Part shown: positions 62,763 through 64,000 of the stretch, in pieces
Numbering within the stretch: position 1 is the first letter of the stretch
Layout: each line of letters begins with the position of its first letter
DNA from: Klebsormidium nitens
Lineage: Eukaryota > Plantae > Klebsormidiophyceae
Reading direction: 5' to 3'
Assembly (NCBI GenBank): GCA_000708835.1
Contig: DF237438.1
Location: 1 to 64,000 of the forward strand
Length of the DNA: 64,000 nucleotides
Notes under the pieces: model-generated
What the model was told of the DNA's origin: nothing
Seen by the model: the letters and a program-made list of their open reading frames with translations, nothing else
Databases searched by the model: none
Translations under genes and position numbers: made by a program

Positions 62763-64000
62763 CTAGTCGAACCACCTTTTCTTGGCCGCTTCCGCCACCT
62801 TCAACCGCTCCGCCAGCTCGGCCACGTCAACCTCCCCCAGCTTCCGATCCCCGTTCGGCCCCCGCGCGGTGATGGCCACCGAACCGTGCTCTTCTTCCTG
62901 CTTGCCCACCACCAGCTGGAGCGGAATTTTGTCCGCATTCGCGTTGCGCACCAGCTTGGGCAACCGCTCCCCTGACACCACCTCCACCCGGATGTCGTGC
63001 GCTTTGAGCTGCCGCGCGACGCGGTGCGCGTACTCGACCTGCGAGTCTGTGATGGGCAGCACGCGCGCCTGCACCGGGGCCAGCCACAGCGGGAAGTCGC
63101 CTGCACGGGAGACGCAGGGTATTGACCCGAGAACGAGCGACAAGAGCGAAGAGTCGTCAGCGTCCATGGCAAGTAGCACCCCTTAGGATGGACGGCTGAA
63201 TCTCGCTACTCTGCGAAGCTTGCCCAAGTCAACCCTTTTGTGCAGACTACTCGCGACATGGATTCGAGACGTTGAGTTTTGCAGCCGAAAGAGACACTCT
63301 TCATGCTGTCGCTTATGTCGACGTGCACATCGAATCACTGGTGAGTTTCAAAACCTAGAGAGACCGCAGCGAACCCCTCCATTTGAGACGTAGTCTGACA
63401 ACGAGGCATCACCAAGTTGAGATAGACAGACTTCCGGCTGACCTGCGTAGTTTTCGATGAGGACGCCGAAGAAGCGCTCGAGCGAGCCGAAGATGGCACG
63501 GTGGATCATGATGGGCCGCTTGCGCTCGCCGTCCGCGTCCTGGTACTCCATCTGGAACCGCTCCGGCAAGTTGAAGTCCACCTGTGCGCGGCGAAGGGAA
63601 AGACTCGGTCACGAGACGGCTCGTGACAACTTGCCGCAGCAGGAAAAAGGGACACAGGTCATGAGAGAGAATCCTCCAACAGCCTTGAGAAAGGACGAGA
63701 CAAACTACGCCGGTCAAGGTCCCCAGCGGTCTTTCGGATGATCAAGCTCTGCACGTACGCAATCCCCATCCCCATCTCCATCGGCAAAAAGTTCGCCCGA
63801 CTTTAGGGAAGTCCTCGATTGCCAGACTCCTTCGCCGACAGGAAATTTGGATGTTGCTCTCACGCTTCCAAAACAACAGATGGTTGCTACGGAAACAGCC
63901 ACCCCCCTTTCTCAACGACCCCAGCAAAATCAACCACAGCGGTGCCACGTGTCCTCACCTGGATAGTGGAGCACTGCCACCGCCGCCCGATCGCGTCCTC
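62763..64000 (-). CDS. thrS: Organellar (plastid/mitochondrial) threonyl-tRNA synthetase, 3' part; continues beyond the window
   Basis: [14 protein letters not shown]|VDFNLPERF...[26 protein letters not shown]|[10 protein letters not shown] and an anticodon-binding domain ([21 protein letters not shown]). Confidence 0.95.

Overview
This is eukaryotic nuclear DNA with GC-rich exons, short GT-AG introns and plant-like organelle-targeted genes. I infer a green alga, probably a streptophyte such as Klebsormidium; the sequence does not prove this. From left to right the window holds: the decayed 3' half and 3' LTR of a Ty3/gypsy chromovirus; MPC1; an RRM-only PPIE-like gene; a PIF/Harbinger-type MITE nested inside a related MITE; PAN2; the ribonucleotide reductase large subunit; an ABC1/AarF kinase; a possible CRE-like retrotransposon relic; a Crinkler/RHS-type NTPase plus restriction-endonuclease-fold gene; an EamA/DMT transporter; a plastid GIY-YIG-like protein; a Maf protein; a prokaryote-like sirtuin; pyridoxal kinase; a PAQR/HHP receptor; an Aven-like gene; and the 3' part of an organellar threonyl-tRNA synthetase. 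The most notable feature is the Crinkler/RHS-type gene (32574-37179, minus). Its scattered ORF fragments splice by hand into an uninterrupted ~706-aa protein. That protein has a transit-peptide-like N-terminus, a coiled coil, a P-loop NTPase and a nuclease domain with an inserted AT-hook, and a ~97%-identical duplicate of its NTPase exons flanks a 20-N assembly gap. All gene models were spliced by eye and family assignments come from remembered motifs, not database searches. No tRNA, rRNA or CRISPR array was recognised.
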